From the IMG/VR virus record IMGVR_UViG_3300028048_000125: DNA of 20,000 bases; one strand, 5' to 3'. Shown here in pieces: positions 1 through 7,883 of this stretch. Under the pieces are notes generated by a model. The model did not search any database, had not been told where the DNA came from, and was given only the letters and a program-made list of their open reading frames with translations. Each line of letters opens with the position of its first letter. The first letter of the stretch is position 1. Position numbers and translations under genes: made by a program. Source of the DNA: an uncultured virus (IMG/VR IMGVR_UViG_3300028048_000125) (taxonomy: Duplodnaviria > Heunggongvirae > Uroviricota > Caudoviricetes).

Positions 1-510
1 TTCCTCGGATTCGAGATACTGTCCGAGGTATTTGACCGTGGCTTCACGCATCTGCTGATCGTTGTAGCCGGAGCGCTGCTTGACAGCCTGGGTGTTGAGG
101 GCATCCCAGACGGAGGTGGTACCGGGAGTGATGTTGAGCGGGACATTGATGATGCCACCCTGGATCTCAACGATCACACGGCCAGTCGCGCCGTTGGCAT
201 TGGCTGCCTGCGGAGCTTCGCTCTGGTCAACGCCGAGCTCTTCCGCGACTTCTTCTTCATCCAGATCGTCGAACTCGCAATCGAATTCGATTTCATCGCC
301 ATCCTTGGCGTCGGCATCCATGAGGGCCTCGAAGAGGCGGTCGCCGGCCTCGACACTGGCACCGGCGATGGAGACAACGTCGTCTTCGGTGACGCCGAGA
401 GCGTCGACCTCGTCGCTGTTGATGATTTCGGAGAACTTGGTACCGGCGGCAACGCGGACGGTTTTGGTGTTGGAAACGGAGTCGATGAGGGTGATGCTGA
501 TGTTGGACAT
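1..510 (-). CDS. Tandem ubiquitin-like (beta-grasp) domain protein, runs off the window edge (3' partial)
   Basis: Not in the ORF track. ATG at 510 with SD-like AAAGGA upstream, open to base 1: MSNISITLIDSVSNTKTVRVAAGTKFSEII...DAKDGDEIEF, acidic linker, then GRVIVEIQGGIINVPLNITPGTTSVWDAL... Two beta-beta-helix starts and a 'DGDEI' last-strand motif resemble Ubl folds; lies downstream of E1/JAB/E2-like genes; strong C-ending codon bias. Confidence 0.7.
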   Translation of the reverse strand, partial: MSNISITLIDSVSNTKTVRVAAGTKFSEIINSDEVDALGVTEDDVVSIAGASVEAGDRLFEALMDADAKDGDEIEFDCEFDDLDEEEVAEELGVDQSEAPQAANANGATGRVIVEIQGGIINVPLNITPGTTSVWDALNTQAVKQRSGYNDQQMREATVKYLGQYLESEE

Positions 511-558
511 AGTGTGGATCCTTTGTGTTTGTTGTTTTTGAAACATGGGTTTGCCTGA

Positions 559-933
559 TCAGGCGTTGATGATTGCTCTCTCGAAATCCTTGAGAGCAGC
601 GAGGATGTTGCGCTTCATTTCTTCGGCGCGGTCGGAGCAGCACTCAGGGCTGCACCCATTACTTACTGTAGCACGCTGTTTGATGTCACGCGAAACGCGC
701 ATCTGGACATCATTCGTGTCGAAGATGACGATGTCATTGTCACGCAACAGCGCGTTACGAAGATGGCCAATGTAGCTGTGACCATTGCGGATAATGCGAA
801 TACGCGCATCTTCCACATCATAGCCACCAGTTTCAAGGGCCCGCTTCAGCTTGTCAACAGTGGTGTTACCGTTGATGGCAAGCTTGTTGGTTCTGACAGA
901 CTTTACGAGGAAAGTCACTGTCTTTTCGCTCAT
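559..933 (-). CDS. Putative ubiquitin-like (beta-grasp) protein with Cys-containing C-terminal extension
   Basis: TVTFLV...TTVDKLKRAL...IRIIRNG...LRDNDIVIF matches the Ubl pattern; SD GGAGG; start overlaps the E1 stop; no terminal Gly-Gly. Confidence 0.6.
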   Translation of the reverse strand: MSEKTVTFLVKSVRTNKLAINGNTTVDKLKRALETGGYDVEDARIRIIRNGHSYIGHLRNALLRDNDIVIFDTNDVQMRVSRDIKQRATVSNGCSPECCSDRAEEMKRNILAALKDFERAIINA

Positions 934-1841
934 TAATTACCTCCTTGGGGTGTTGTGAGCATGTGGGTTAACGGTACTGACTTGAACGTGTTCTCGTCCA
1001 GTACCACTTCGTTGTAACGACACGTCTGCCCCTTGCGAGTGGGGAAATCGCTCAGAGTTCCATGCGTTACCCAATGTACGAACATTTCCATCATCTTAAT
1101 AGCGACAGCACAATTGGTGAGCGCGACCTGGTCGTGCTTCGGTGCAACAATTGTACAAGCGATCTCATCGGGTCGCTTGTCACGATCAGGACGGATGTTG
1201 TCAAACAGCTCCGGGAGATTCGGATCCAAAGCTCTACCCTCCATCCTTTCGTAAATGCTGACCTCACCAGTTGTCTTTTCGTTTCCGCCATTGATAACCA
1301 AAATGTTATTGAAGGCCTCGGCGTACATCGAGATCTCATAACGGGTTTTTGCGTTATCAACGCAGATGAAGATAACAGGAATGTCCATTACATACATACG
1401 ATTGCCAATCAGCCGATCGGAAAGACAGAGATCATCGAACGTTTTTGTATTCTCTGCGTTTTCTTCCGGATTCTTAACCGGTATAATGTTCCCGATATTC
1501 TGCGGCGTAAGATAACAATTGTAGCCGTCCAGTTTAATGTTCCGCAGGAAAGTCTTGCGGATCATCTTCTCCTGCAGGTCGAGCATACGCTGCATCATCT
1601 TATTGCCAGCCCCTGCACCCTGTCGGATCGCATTGTGGGGATCAAACGTATCCCCATCGATCAGGGTGATGCTGTCAACAATAGATGGCAGTGCGCATTT
1701 GCCTGCATTAGTCATGAATGGCGAAATGTCGATACTGTTCTGCTCAAGGAAGTCTAGGCACATACTTGCACAGCACTCTGACAAGAGCTGTGTCACGTAG
1801 CCGCCTATCCCTCCGCAGCCTACAACGTAAAGCCTCAGCAC
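933..1841 (-). CDS. ThiF/MoeB/E1-like adenylating enzyme
   Basis: VVGCGGIGG nucleotide-binding loop, LIDGDTFDPHNAIRQ, ICVDNAKTR, INGGN, candidate catalytic Cys in RPDEIACT. Confidence 0.92.
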   Translation of the reverse strand: MLRLYVVGCGGIGGYVTQLLSECCASMCLDFLEQNSIDISPFMTNAGKCALPSIVDSITLIDGDTFDPHNAIRQGAGAGNKMMQRMLDLQEKMIRKTFLRNIKLDGYNCYLTPQNIGNIIPVKNPEENAENTKTFDDLCLSDRLIGNRMYVMDIPVIFICVDNAKTRYEISMYAEAFNNILVINGGNEKTTGEVSIYERMEGRALDPNLPELFDNIRPDRDKRPDEIACTIVAPKHDQVALTNCAVAIKMMEMFVHWVTHGTLSDFPTRKGQTCRYNEVVLDENTFKSVPLTHMLTTPQGGN

Positions 1842-3208
1842 TCCTCATCCTCCTCGTCTTTCGGATTAGCATGCTCTGCCTGTGCTGCCAGGATGGTCTC
1901 ATATGCCTGCTTCAGCGTGGTCAGCCATGTGTTCACGGTATCATCGGACACACACGGCGTATCGGAATACGCGGACGCCGCTTTCTGAAGCAGATAGCAC
2001 AGAGACTCGACATTGATATCATTGCCAAGTGCATTTCGCTTATCTACGATATTGAAGTCCGGTCGCAAGTCCATCAGCCCTTCGAAGATCTGTCTGGCTT
2101 CTTCGTCCTCCAGATCCTTCAGTACCGTTTCACCGGTCATCATATCTTCGATCGAGATAAGAACATCCGTCTTGTCGAGACTATCGACAATCATAATACC
2201 TGTGGTCATCTCCAGAGGTCCTCGAACGGCCGGATCTGTGAAGACATCAACCAACATGGCAGCTGTATCACTGTCGTTGAGAGCATCGAGTATGGCATTC
2301 TTGAGCTCTTTGGTTGAGTCCACGGTAATCTCTGAGGCTGTAGTACCTGTGATATCATCTGCATAATCTGACTCCCATGCACCACTTGACCAGCCGCCGT
2401 ACCATCTGCTGCCGTACCAGTCAGCACCATACCAGTTGCTTCCTCTATAGGTGTTGTACCAGCTGGAATAACCGTAATCAGGATCGTAGGTGTAACCTGC
2501 ATAGTTGTCTGCTGGCTTGTAATGACCCGCAGGCAGGGTACGTTGTGAGACAACGGCGCCATTGTTGCCGTAGACTTTGACTGTCGCGGTTGGCTTGCGA
2601 TAGGATTGGCGCTTAATTGTTTCAACCCACTCCTGCACAGGCTCATACACCTGTGTGAAGTCGACATCCTCCAGAACATCTTCGATGTCCTGATCTTCCT
2701 GCTGGCTCGGGAAGAAGACGGTGCACTTGATCTGAGATACCAGACCGTTGCGCAGGCCAAACACGATGTGCAGGCCATGTTTAAACTGCTGATCGTTCAG
2801 GTCTGTGCCGCTCCAGAACGCACCCATCTCAGGATGCGTATGGATGCTGCCAAGAAGGGCATACCCTTCCGGCATATCTTTTCCATCATCGTAGAAAGAC
2901 ACAGAGGCACCGCTGCCATTCTGTTCCGGTACTTTGACAGCCCACTTCTTTTCTTCTGTGCTGTAATAGAGACTGTAGGCGGTCTCCATCTTGGGGAATT
3001 CGTGGATTGTCCCCAACACCTGCTTGAGAAGGTCTGCCTGCATCTTGGCGCCTATCCAGCGAGGACCATGGAACTTGTCTGTATCCAGTTCTTTACTAGC
3101 ATAGGTTTGCAGATCTTCAAGGTTCTTTGGCTTAACCCAGCCATCGAGACACTCACTAATCAGTCGTACACGCACACCGTCGTTACCGACTACATAATCT
3201 TTACTCAC
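1835..3208 (-). CDS. JAB/MPN+ (JAMM) metallo-isopeptidase with long C-terminal extension
   Basis: Upstream Glu (KMETA) and GSIHTHPEMGAFWSGTD = H-x-H-x7-S-x2-D; followed by a Y/W/G-rich linker and an acidic helical region. Confidence 0.9.
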   Translation of the reverse strand: MSKDYVVGNDGVRVRLISECLDGWVKPKNLEDLQTYASKELDTDKFHGPRWIGAKMQADLLKQVLGTIHEFPKMETAYSLYYSTEEKKWAVKVPEQNGSGASVSFYDDGKDMPEGYALLGSIHTHPEMGAFWSGTDLNDQQFKHGLHIVFGLRNGLVSQIKCTVFFPSQQEDQDIEDVLEDVDFTQVYEPVQEWVETIKRQSYRKPTATVKVYGNNGAVVSQRTLPAGHYKPADNYAGYTYDPDYGYSSWYNTYRGSNWYGADWYGSRWYGGWSSGAWESDYADDITGTTASEITVDSTKELKNAILDALNDSDTAAMLVDVFTDPAVRGPLEMTTGIMIVDSLDKTDVLISIEDMMTGETVLKDLEDEEARQIFEGLMDLRPDFNIVDKRNALGNDINVESLCYLLQKAASAYSDTPCVSDDTVNTWLTTLKQAYETILAAQAEHANPKDEEDEEC

Positions 3209-3395
3209 AGCGGTTCTCCCGTTTCAGTGCACTTGCAATGCATGCCTGAACATCACGCGACAATGTGAAGTTCCTGGTCACGTCCAGTGCGCTCTCGAAA
3301 CATTTCTCAAAATTGTGTTCTGTCAGCATAGGAAGCTTCGTAACCTGTGGAAGCACCTTCTGCGGACGTTTGCGTTGTTTGATCGATTTAATCAT
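3201..3395 (-). CDS. Small hypothetical protein (64 aa)
   Basis: Fills the gap between the E2-like and JAB genes, overlapping both by 8 nt. Confidence 0.55.
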   Translation of the reverse strand: MIKSIKQRKRPQKVLPQVTKLPMLTEHNFEKCFESALDVTRNFTLSRDVQACIASALKRENRCE

Positions 3396-4329
3396 TCATA
3401 TCCATCCCAAGGAATCTATCCGCCGGCATGATCTCTGTGAACTTGAAAGCTTTCATGGATTCCAGATCAGAGAAGACTCTGGCAAGCCTAATCATATGAA
3501 GGATGCTGCTTCCGTTATGCGAATACCGGCTAAGCAACGCCTCATATTCGTCAACTTTCGGCAAATCTTTGTATGCACGCTCGGCTGAAAGCTTATCTCT
3601 GTCGTCCAGCAGATCATAATTGAACTGCGAGTTGAAGAAGCGTTGATAAGTCAGCTCGATTGCCACAGCTTCCGTTACTTTGACTCCTGGTGGTACGTCA
3701 TAACTTGTATCGCCCCAACAGATATTACCGCTGTCAAAGATATTCGGGAAAGGCAGATGACATACCTTGGTCTTCTCAAGGTCGTTCATATGTTCAGGTA
3801 CTGCCACCATCATTACCTGATCAGGTACATTGGCAGCTGTAAGCTGAACCCTGAGCCACATGCGAGGATGATAAATATGCAACCTCTGATCAACACCCTG
3901 GAGATCCATCTCGAACTGGGTAGGTGGGATCTCCACAGTGATATCTTTGGCTCCGGCATCCAGTACACACCACCGAATGAGTGGATACTTCAGATTCGGT
4001 GTAATGGCGATCTTCTGACCTTGCAGCAGTCTCTCGGCAAACGCATCAAAGAAGACATCTTGAATGTCTTTGATGTGATAGCGTGCAACGTTATCACCCA
4101 GAATGCGCAACACCTGCTCTTTGGTTGAGTCTTTAATGACCGTGATATGTTCTTTGTCTCCCTTCAGCGTTGGTACCACTCGCGTGATAAATTCATCCAC
4201 TGTCATCTCTTCCAGAGAATCAAAGTGAACGGCCGTAACGACGCCTCCATGCTGATGGAACAGATCGGACTGTCTATCTACAAGGTGCATAAGACCTGTA
4301 GGAAACGTGCTGTCAATGTCACCGATCAT
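3388..4329 (-). CDS. Prokaryotic E2-like conjugating enzyme (Prok-E2 family D / PRTRC protein B-like)
   Basis: HLPFPNIFDSGNICWGD with candidate catalytic Cys, downstream FFNSQFN; operonic with JAB and E1. Confidence 0.75.
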   Translation of the reverse strand: MIGDIDSTFPTGLMHLVDRQSDLFHQHGGVVTAVHFDSLEEMTVDEFITRVVPTLKGDKEHITVIKDSTKEQVLRILGDNVARYHIKDIQDVFFDAFAERLLQGQKIAITPNLKYPLIRWCVLDAGAKDITVEIPPTQFEMDLQGVDQRLHIYHPRMWLRVQLTAANVPDQVMMVAVPEHMNDLEKTKVCHLPFPNIFDSGNICWGDTSYDVPPGVKVTEAVAIELTYQRFFNSQFNYDLLDDRDKLSAERAYKDLPKVDEYEALLSRYSHNGSSILHMIRLARVFSDLESMKAFKFTEIMPADRFLGMDMND

Positions 4330-6277
4330 TTAGTAGTTCCTTAAATTGTTGTTCGTTTATGATTTTGATCCCTAGCCTTTCGGCTTTGGAACGCTTGGAC
4401 CCGCCACCCTCGCCAGCCAGCAAATAAGAAGTTGAAGATGAAACCGATGACACAAACTTGCCACCGTGATCTTCTATCAGCTTCTTAATCTGATCCCTGC
4501 TCTGCGAAAGTGTCCCAGTAATGCAAAATGACAGACCTGTGAGTTTTTCGCTGACAAGCTCAGTCTTCACCTGCTCCATACAAAGACCCAGCAATGACAG
4601 ATCATTGATTAGGGTTGCTTTATGTGGACTGTGAATACTGATAAAGATGGAACGAGCTGTGATCTCGGCAAAGCCTTCAATCTCTGCAATCTCAGGAATA
4701 GAAGCTTTTAGCAACGGAAGCATAGACCCGAAATGCTTTGCTACGATCCTTGCATTGGTTGTACCTATGCCATCGATACCTATTGCGCACAGAACACGGT
4801 CGAAAGGCTTCTGCTTCGACTTTTCGATCTCAGCGAGCACAGAGTCTGCTTTCAGATCTTTGCTAATACCAGGAAGCTGGAGATCTTCCTTTGTTAGCTT
4901 GTACAGATCCGCCGGGGAATGCAGCTTACCCTTCACGATAAGCGCATGGATCATGGCGTCAGCCATGCCCCGTATGTCCATACACTGCCTGCTTACGAAA
5001 TAGCAGATCTCTGCCTGCAGCTTCGCAACACAGTCGTCATTAGGACACAGCAATGCGGCCCCATCACGAACAAGCGCAGCTCCACACTCTGGACAAAGCC
5101 CCGGTATTGGAACCTCGGCACCACCCATTGACTCAACGACATGGTCGAGTTGAGGGATAATCTCTGCTGCCTTATAGACAGCCACCATATCGCCGAGCTT
5201 AAGATCCATCTCTTTGATGTAGTCGATGTTATGCAGACTGGCATGGGTCACAGTCGATCCGCACAGACCAACCGGATCCAAGACAGCCACAGGTGTCAGT
5301 GTGCCTTTACGTCCGACTTGCCAAACGACATCCTTCAGCTCTGTAACAGCTTCTACCGGTGTAAATTTGAAGGCAATGGACCATTTAGGATCATGTACAC
5401 CCTCACCCAGCTCCAGCCGTTTGGCTCTGTCGTCTGTCTTGATAACAGCCCCATCAATTGCATACGGGATGTTTGCTTCATCAGACTTCAGGGACATGAT
5501 CACATAATATGCGAACTCACCCGGATCGGCCATACGATTGGACACAAAGTTCATCTGTGGCGTCAGGAACCCATTCTCCTGCAGTATGTTGAGCATATTG
5601 CACTCTGTACCTGTGTTCAGCCCTGGAATATCATACGCATAGAATGTGAGCCGTCTGCAGCGCGTGACTCTGGGATCTTTGTTTCTAACGCCGCCTGCTG
5701 CGGCGTTACGCGGATTGGCGAACAGTGGTGCTCCTGTAACCTGGCGTTCGAGATTCAGCGTCTCGAACTCATGCTTATGGATAACCACCTCGCCACGAAC
5801 GATCAGTTTTTCCTCTTTGATTTTCACCGGGATGGACTTGATCATCAACGCATTCTGCGTAACATCTTCGCCAACATCCCCATTGCCACGAGTCGCTGCC
5901 CGAACCAGCATATGGTTCTCATAGAACAGGACCAATGTTAAGCCGTCCAGTTTAGGCTGTACGACATAACCTTCACCAGCTAACGCCAGCGTCCGGTCCA
6001 CGAAACGATGAACCTCGTCAGCCGTAAACGCATTTGCCAGTGACAGCATCCGTTGCGGAAATGGAACCTTGTCAAAGCTGCTTACCGGATGACCTCCTAC
6101 ACGAGAAGTCGGGCTGCTCGGCAGCTTGATCGATGGATCCGCTTCTTCCATCTCTTTGAGCCTCCGCACAATTGCATCATAGTCTGCATCGGACATGATG
6201 GGTGCGTCGAGCTCATGATAGGCCCTCTCGGCTTCGAGTGCCTTACTTAGCAGTGCCTTGTAGCTGTCTTGCTGCAT
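4319..6277 (-). CDS. ligA: NAD-dependent DNA ligase
   Basis: SDADYD, MLSLANAF, KLDG adenylation motif, TRGNGDVGEDVT, NPRNAAAG, C4 zinc finger (CPEC...CPNDDC), HhH repeats, C-terminal BRCT (FCITGTL...GGK). Confidence 0.98.
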   Translation of the reverse strand: MQQDSYKALLSKALEAERAYHELDAPIMSDADYDAIVRRLKEMEEADPSIKLPSSPTSRVGGHPVSSFDKVPFPQRMLSLANAFTADEVHRFVDRTLALAGEGYVVQPKLDGLTLVLFYENHMLVRAATRGNGDVGEDVTQNALMIKSIPVKIKEEKLIVRGEVVIHKHEFETLNLERQVTGAPLFANPRNAAAGGVRNKDPRVTRCRRLTFYAYDIPGLNTGTECNMLNILQENGFLTPQMNFVSNRMADPGEFAYYVIMSLKSDEANIPYAIDGAVIKTDDRAKRLELGEGVHDPKWSIAFKFTPVEAVTELKDVVWQVGRKGTLTPVAVLDPVGLCGSTVTHASLHNIDYIKEMDLKLGDMVAVYKAAEIIPQLDHVVESMGGAEVPIPGLCPECGAALVRDGAALLCPNDDCVAKLQAEICYFVSRQCMDIRGMADAMIHALIVKGKLHSPADLYKLTKEDLQLPGISKDLKADSVLAEIEKSKQKPFDRVLCAIGIDGIGTTNARIVAKHFGSMLPLLKASIPEIAEIEGFAEITARSIFISIHSPHKATLINDLSLLGLCMEQVKTELVSEKLTGLSFCITGTLSQSRDQIKKLIEDHGGKFVSSVSSSTSYLLAGEGGGSKRSKAERLGIKIINEQQFKELLNDR

Positions 6278-6308
6278 CGAAATGAATCTCCAGCGGTTTG
6301 AAATACTT
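6243..6308 (-). CDS. Predicted exon 2 of the reverse transcriptase (KYFKPLEIHFDAARQLQGTAK*)
   Basis: In frame with exon 1 if the intron ends at G 6309 (...ATGACAG|AAG); stop at 6243-6245; overlaps the ligA start by 35 nt. Confidence 0.6.
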   Translation of the reverse strand, partial: KYFKPLEIHFDAARQLQGTAK

Positions 6309-6420
6309 CTGTCATGATTATATACCAGGCGCTGCCTGGAGCCAATCTTCCTGCTTCAACTTCAGCGAGTACTCGCTGAATCCACAGGCACTTCGGGCCT
6401 GACCGGCCCTGCATTCTTCA
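6309..6420 (-). ncRNA. TnpB omegaRNA scaffold / element right end (5' boundary approximate)
   Basis: GCCTGTGGA...GAAGCAGGAA motifs typical of TnpB 3' ends; perfect 20-nt palindrome TTCAGCGAGTACTCGCTGAA (6361-6380); terminal hairpin GATT..CCAGGC-AGC-GCCTGG..AATC just before the end. Confidence 0.72.
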
Positions 6421-7480
6421 AATTGATTGCGGCATTGAGATCGCGGTCGATGACCGCTCCACAATGCTCGCATTTATACACACGTTCACTTAAATCGATA
6501 TGTGGTTTCACAGCACCACAGGAAGAGCACCTTTTGGTTGATGGGAAGAACCTATCAACCTTATGGTATTCAAGTGCCTTGTATTTGAGCTGCTGTAGGA
6601 TCATTCCCATCATTGAGGCATTAAAGGATCGTCGTAATGACTTGAATTGCGCTTTATCCTTCATTTCCTGTATGTGCAGATCCTCTGTTACAACAATCCC
6701 GTGGCTTTTGGTGATCGCTGTGGTGAACTTATGTGTCACATCCTTACGGATGTTATTAATCTTGTTTTGAATACGCTGTTTCTTGAGAAGAGCTTTGGCT
6801 CTGTTGTTGGAGCCTCTTTTCTTCCTATTGATAGCTTGTTGAGCCTTCTTGAGCTTGGCATCAAGCTTTTTGAGGCTTTCAGGAGCATCGCAAATGGTGC
6901 CATCAGATGCAACCGCCACATGTTTCAATCCGACATCTATGCCAACTGCAGAGTTCAGATTATTTGTCTGCGGCAGCGGATCTGGAAGCTCATATTGTAT
7001 GGAGACATGCCACTGACCAGCATAATGACTGACAGTGTAACTTGTTATCTTGCCTTCAAATCTAGGGCGTTCAGCAAGTCTCACTCTGCCTATATTTGGA
7101 AGGGATATTCTGTCTCCATATATTCTAGCTTTGTCATTAGCAACTGTAAAGCTATCCTTTCTACCTTTCTTGTGGAATGTAGGATACTTTCCAGTGCCTC
7201 TCCAAAGATTTTGAAATGCTTCGCCAAGATTCTTTATGGCGTTCTGTTGTGGACTACATGCTATTTCATGCGCCCACTCTGGCTTTGCTGCTGTCCATAT
7301 ATTGGATAATATACTAAAGGATGGTTTCTGCTTAGAGTGATCTTCCATCCAATCAGAATACATGGACTTCCACTTATCCAGTGCCCAGTTATACACGTAT
7401 CGTGCGGTGCCTGCTGTCTTTTTCAGCATCACCTCTTGCTCCTTTGTAGGATACATGCGTATTAGATGGGCTCTATGCAT
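6362..7480 (-). CDS. tnpB: TnpB RNA-guided endonuclease (IS200/IS605/IS607 superfamily)
   Basis: N-terminal IRMYPTKEQ...ARYVYNWAL, RuvC-I GIDVG, RuvC-II TEDL, zinc finger CSSC/CEHC, RuvC-III DRDLNAAIN; catalytic D-E-D intact. Confidence 0.96.
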   Translation of the reverse strand: MHRAHLIRMYPTKEQEVMLKKTAGTARYVYNWALDKWKSMYSDWMEDHSKQKPSFSILSNIWTAAKPEWAHEIACSPQQNAIKNLGEAFQNLWRGTGKYPTFHKKGRKDSFTVANDKARIYGDRISLPNIGRVRLAERPRFEGKITSYTVSHYAGQWHVSIQYELPDPLPQTNNLNSAVGIDVGLKHVAVASDGTICDAPESLKKLDAKLKKAQQAINRKKRGSNNRAKALLKKQRIQNKINNIRKDVTHKFTTAITKSHGIVVTEDLHIQEMKDKAQFKSLRRSFNASMMGMILQQLKYKALEYHKVDRFFPSTKRCSSCGAVKPHIDLSERVYKCEHCGAVIDRDLNAAINLKNAGPVRPEVPVDSASTR

Positions 7481-7589
7481 TTCTTTTATACCTTTGGTAG
7501 AATTTCGGACTATATTGTCCTTATTTACTATAGCATCATCGTCAAAACAAGATTTGAAGAATGACTTAGATTGGTTGTATAACCATGGT

Positions 7590-7883
7590 TCTGTTCAACA
7601 GGTATCGCTACTACCTGCCAGGTTTCCAGTTGTCAAGCTGGACCACTCCCATGCTTTCGCATGGGCACTGACTATATCATTTACCTATTCCTAGGTAAGA
7701 GCACTTCCCCTTTCCAATAGCTTGATCGGGTACTCCTGTTAAGGATAGTCGATGAACCTTCTTTGCGGCGGGTTTCTCTCGCTGCAAAGCTCGGCTTAGG
7801 ATTAGCATGCACTGCTGTGTTTAGCCTTCCCTAAATTAACTTTCTTGTTCGATAAGGATTACTCCTTAAAGGGACTCTTACGA
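7590..7883 (-). ncRNA. Group I intron catalytic core of the RT intron (3' boundary approximate)
   Basis: R-like GTTCATCGACTA (P7 5' strand 7746-7750), S-like ATGATATAGTC (7670-7674), P9 CCCATGC-GAAA-GCATGGG (7648-7665). Confidence 0.88.

Larger units (their letters stand above)
6309..7883 (-). mobile_element. IStron-like element: group I intron + tnpB + omegaRNA, no tnpA, inserted in the RT gene
   Basis: 5' P1 GGAU|UC-GUAA-GA-GUCC with U.G at the splice site; ribozyme core; tnpB in the 3' (P9) extension; IS-type right end terminating in CAG. Confidence 0.82.

Noticed and set aside
6300..6355. Alternative 3' splice sites for the RT intron (GAAGCAG|, AATCATG|, CAGAAG|)
   Set aside because: Less favoured: G 6309 follows the terminal hairpin and matches the P9.0 register of the related intron. 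Not formally excluded without transcript data.
6361..6380. Perfect palindrome as a rho-independent terminator
   Set aside because: No U-tract follows, and it lies between conserved omegaRNA motifs.
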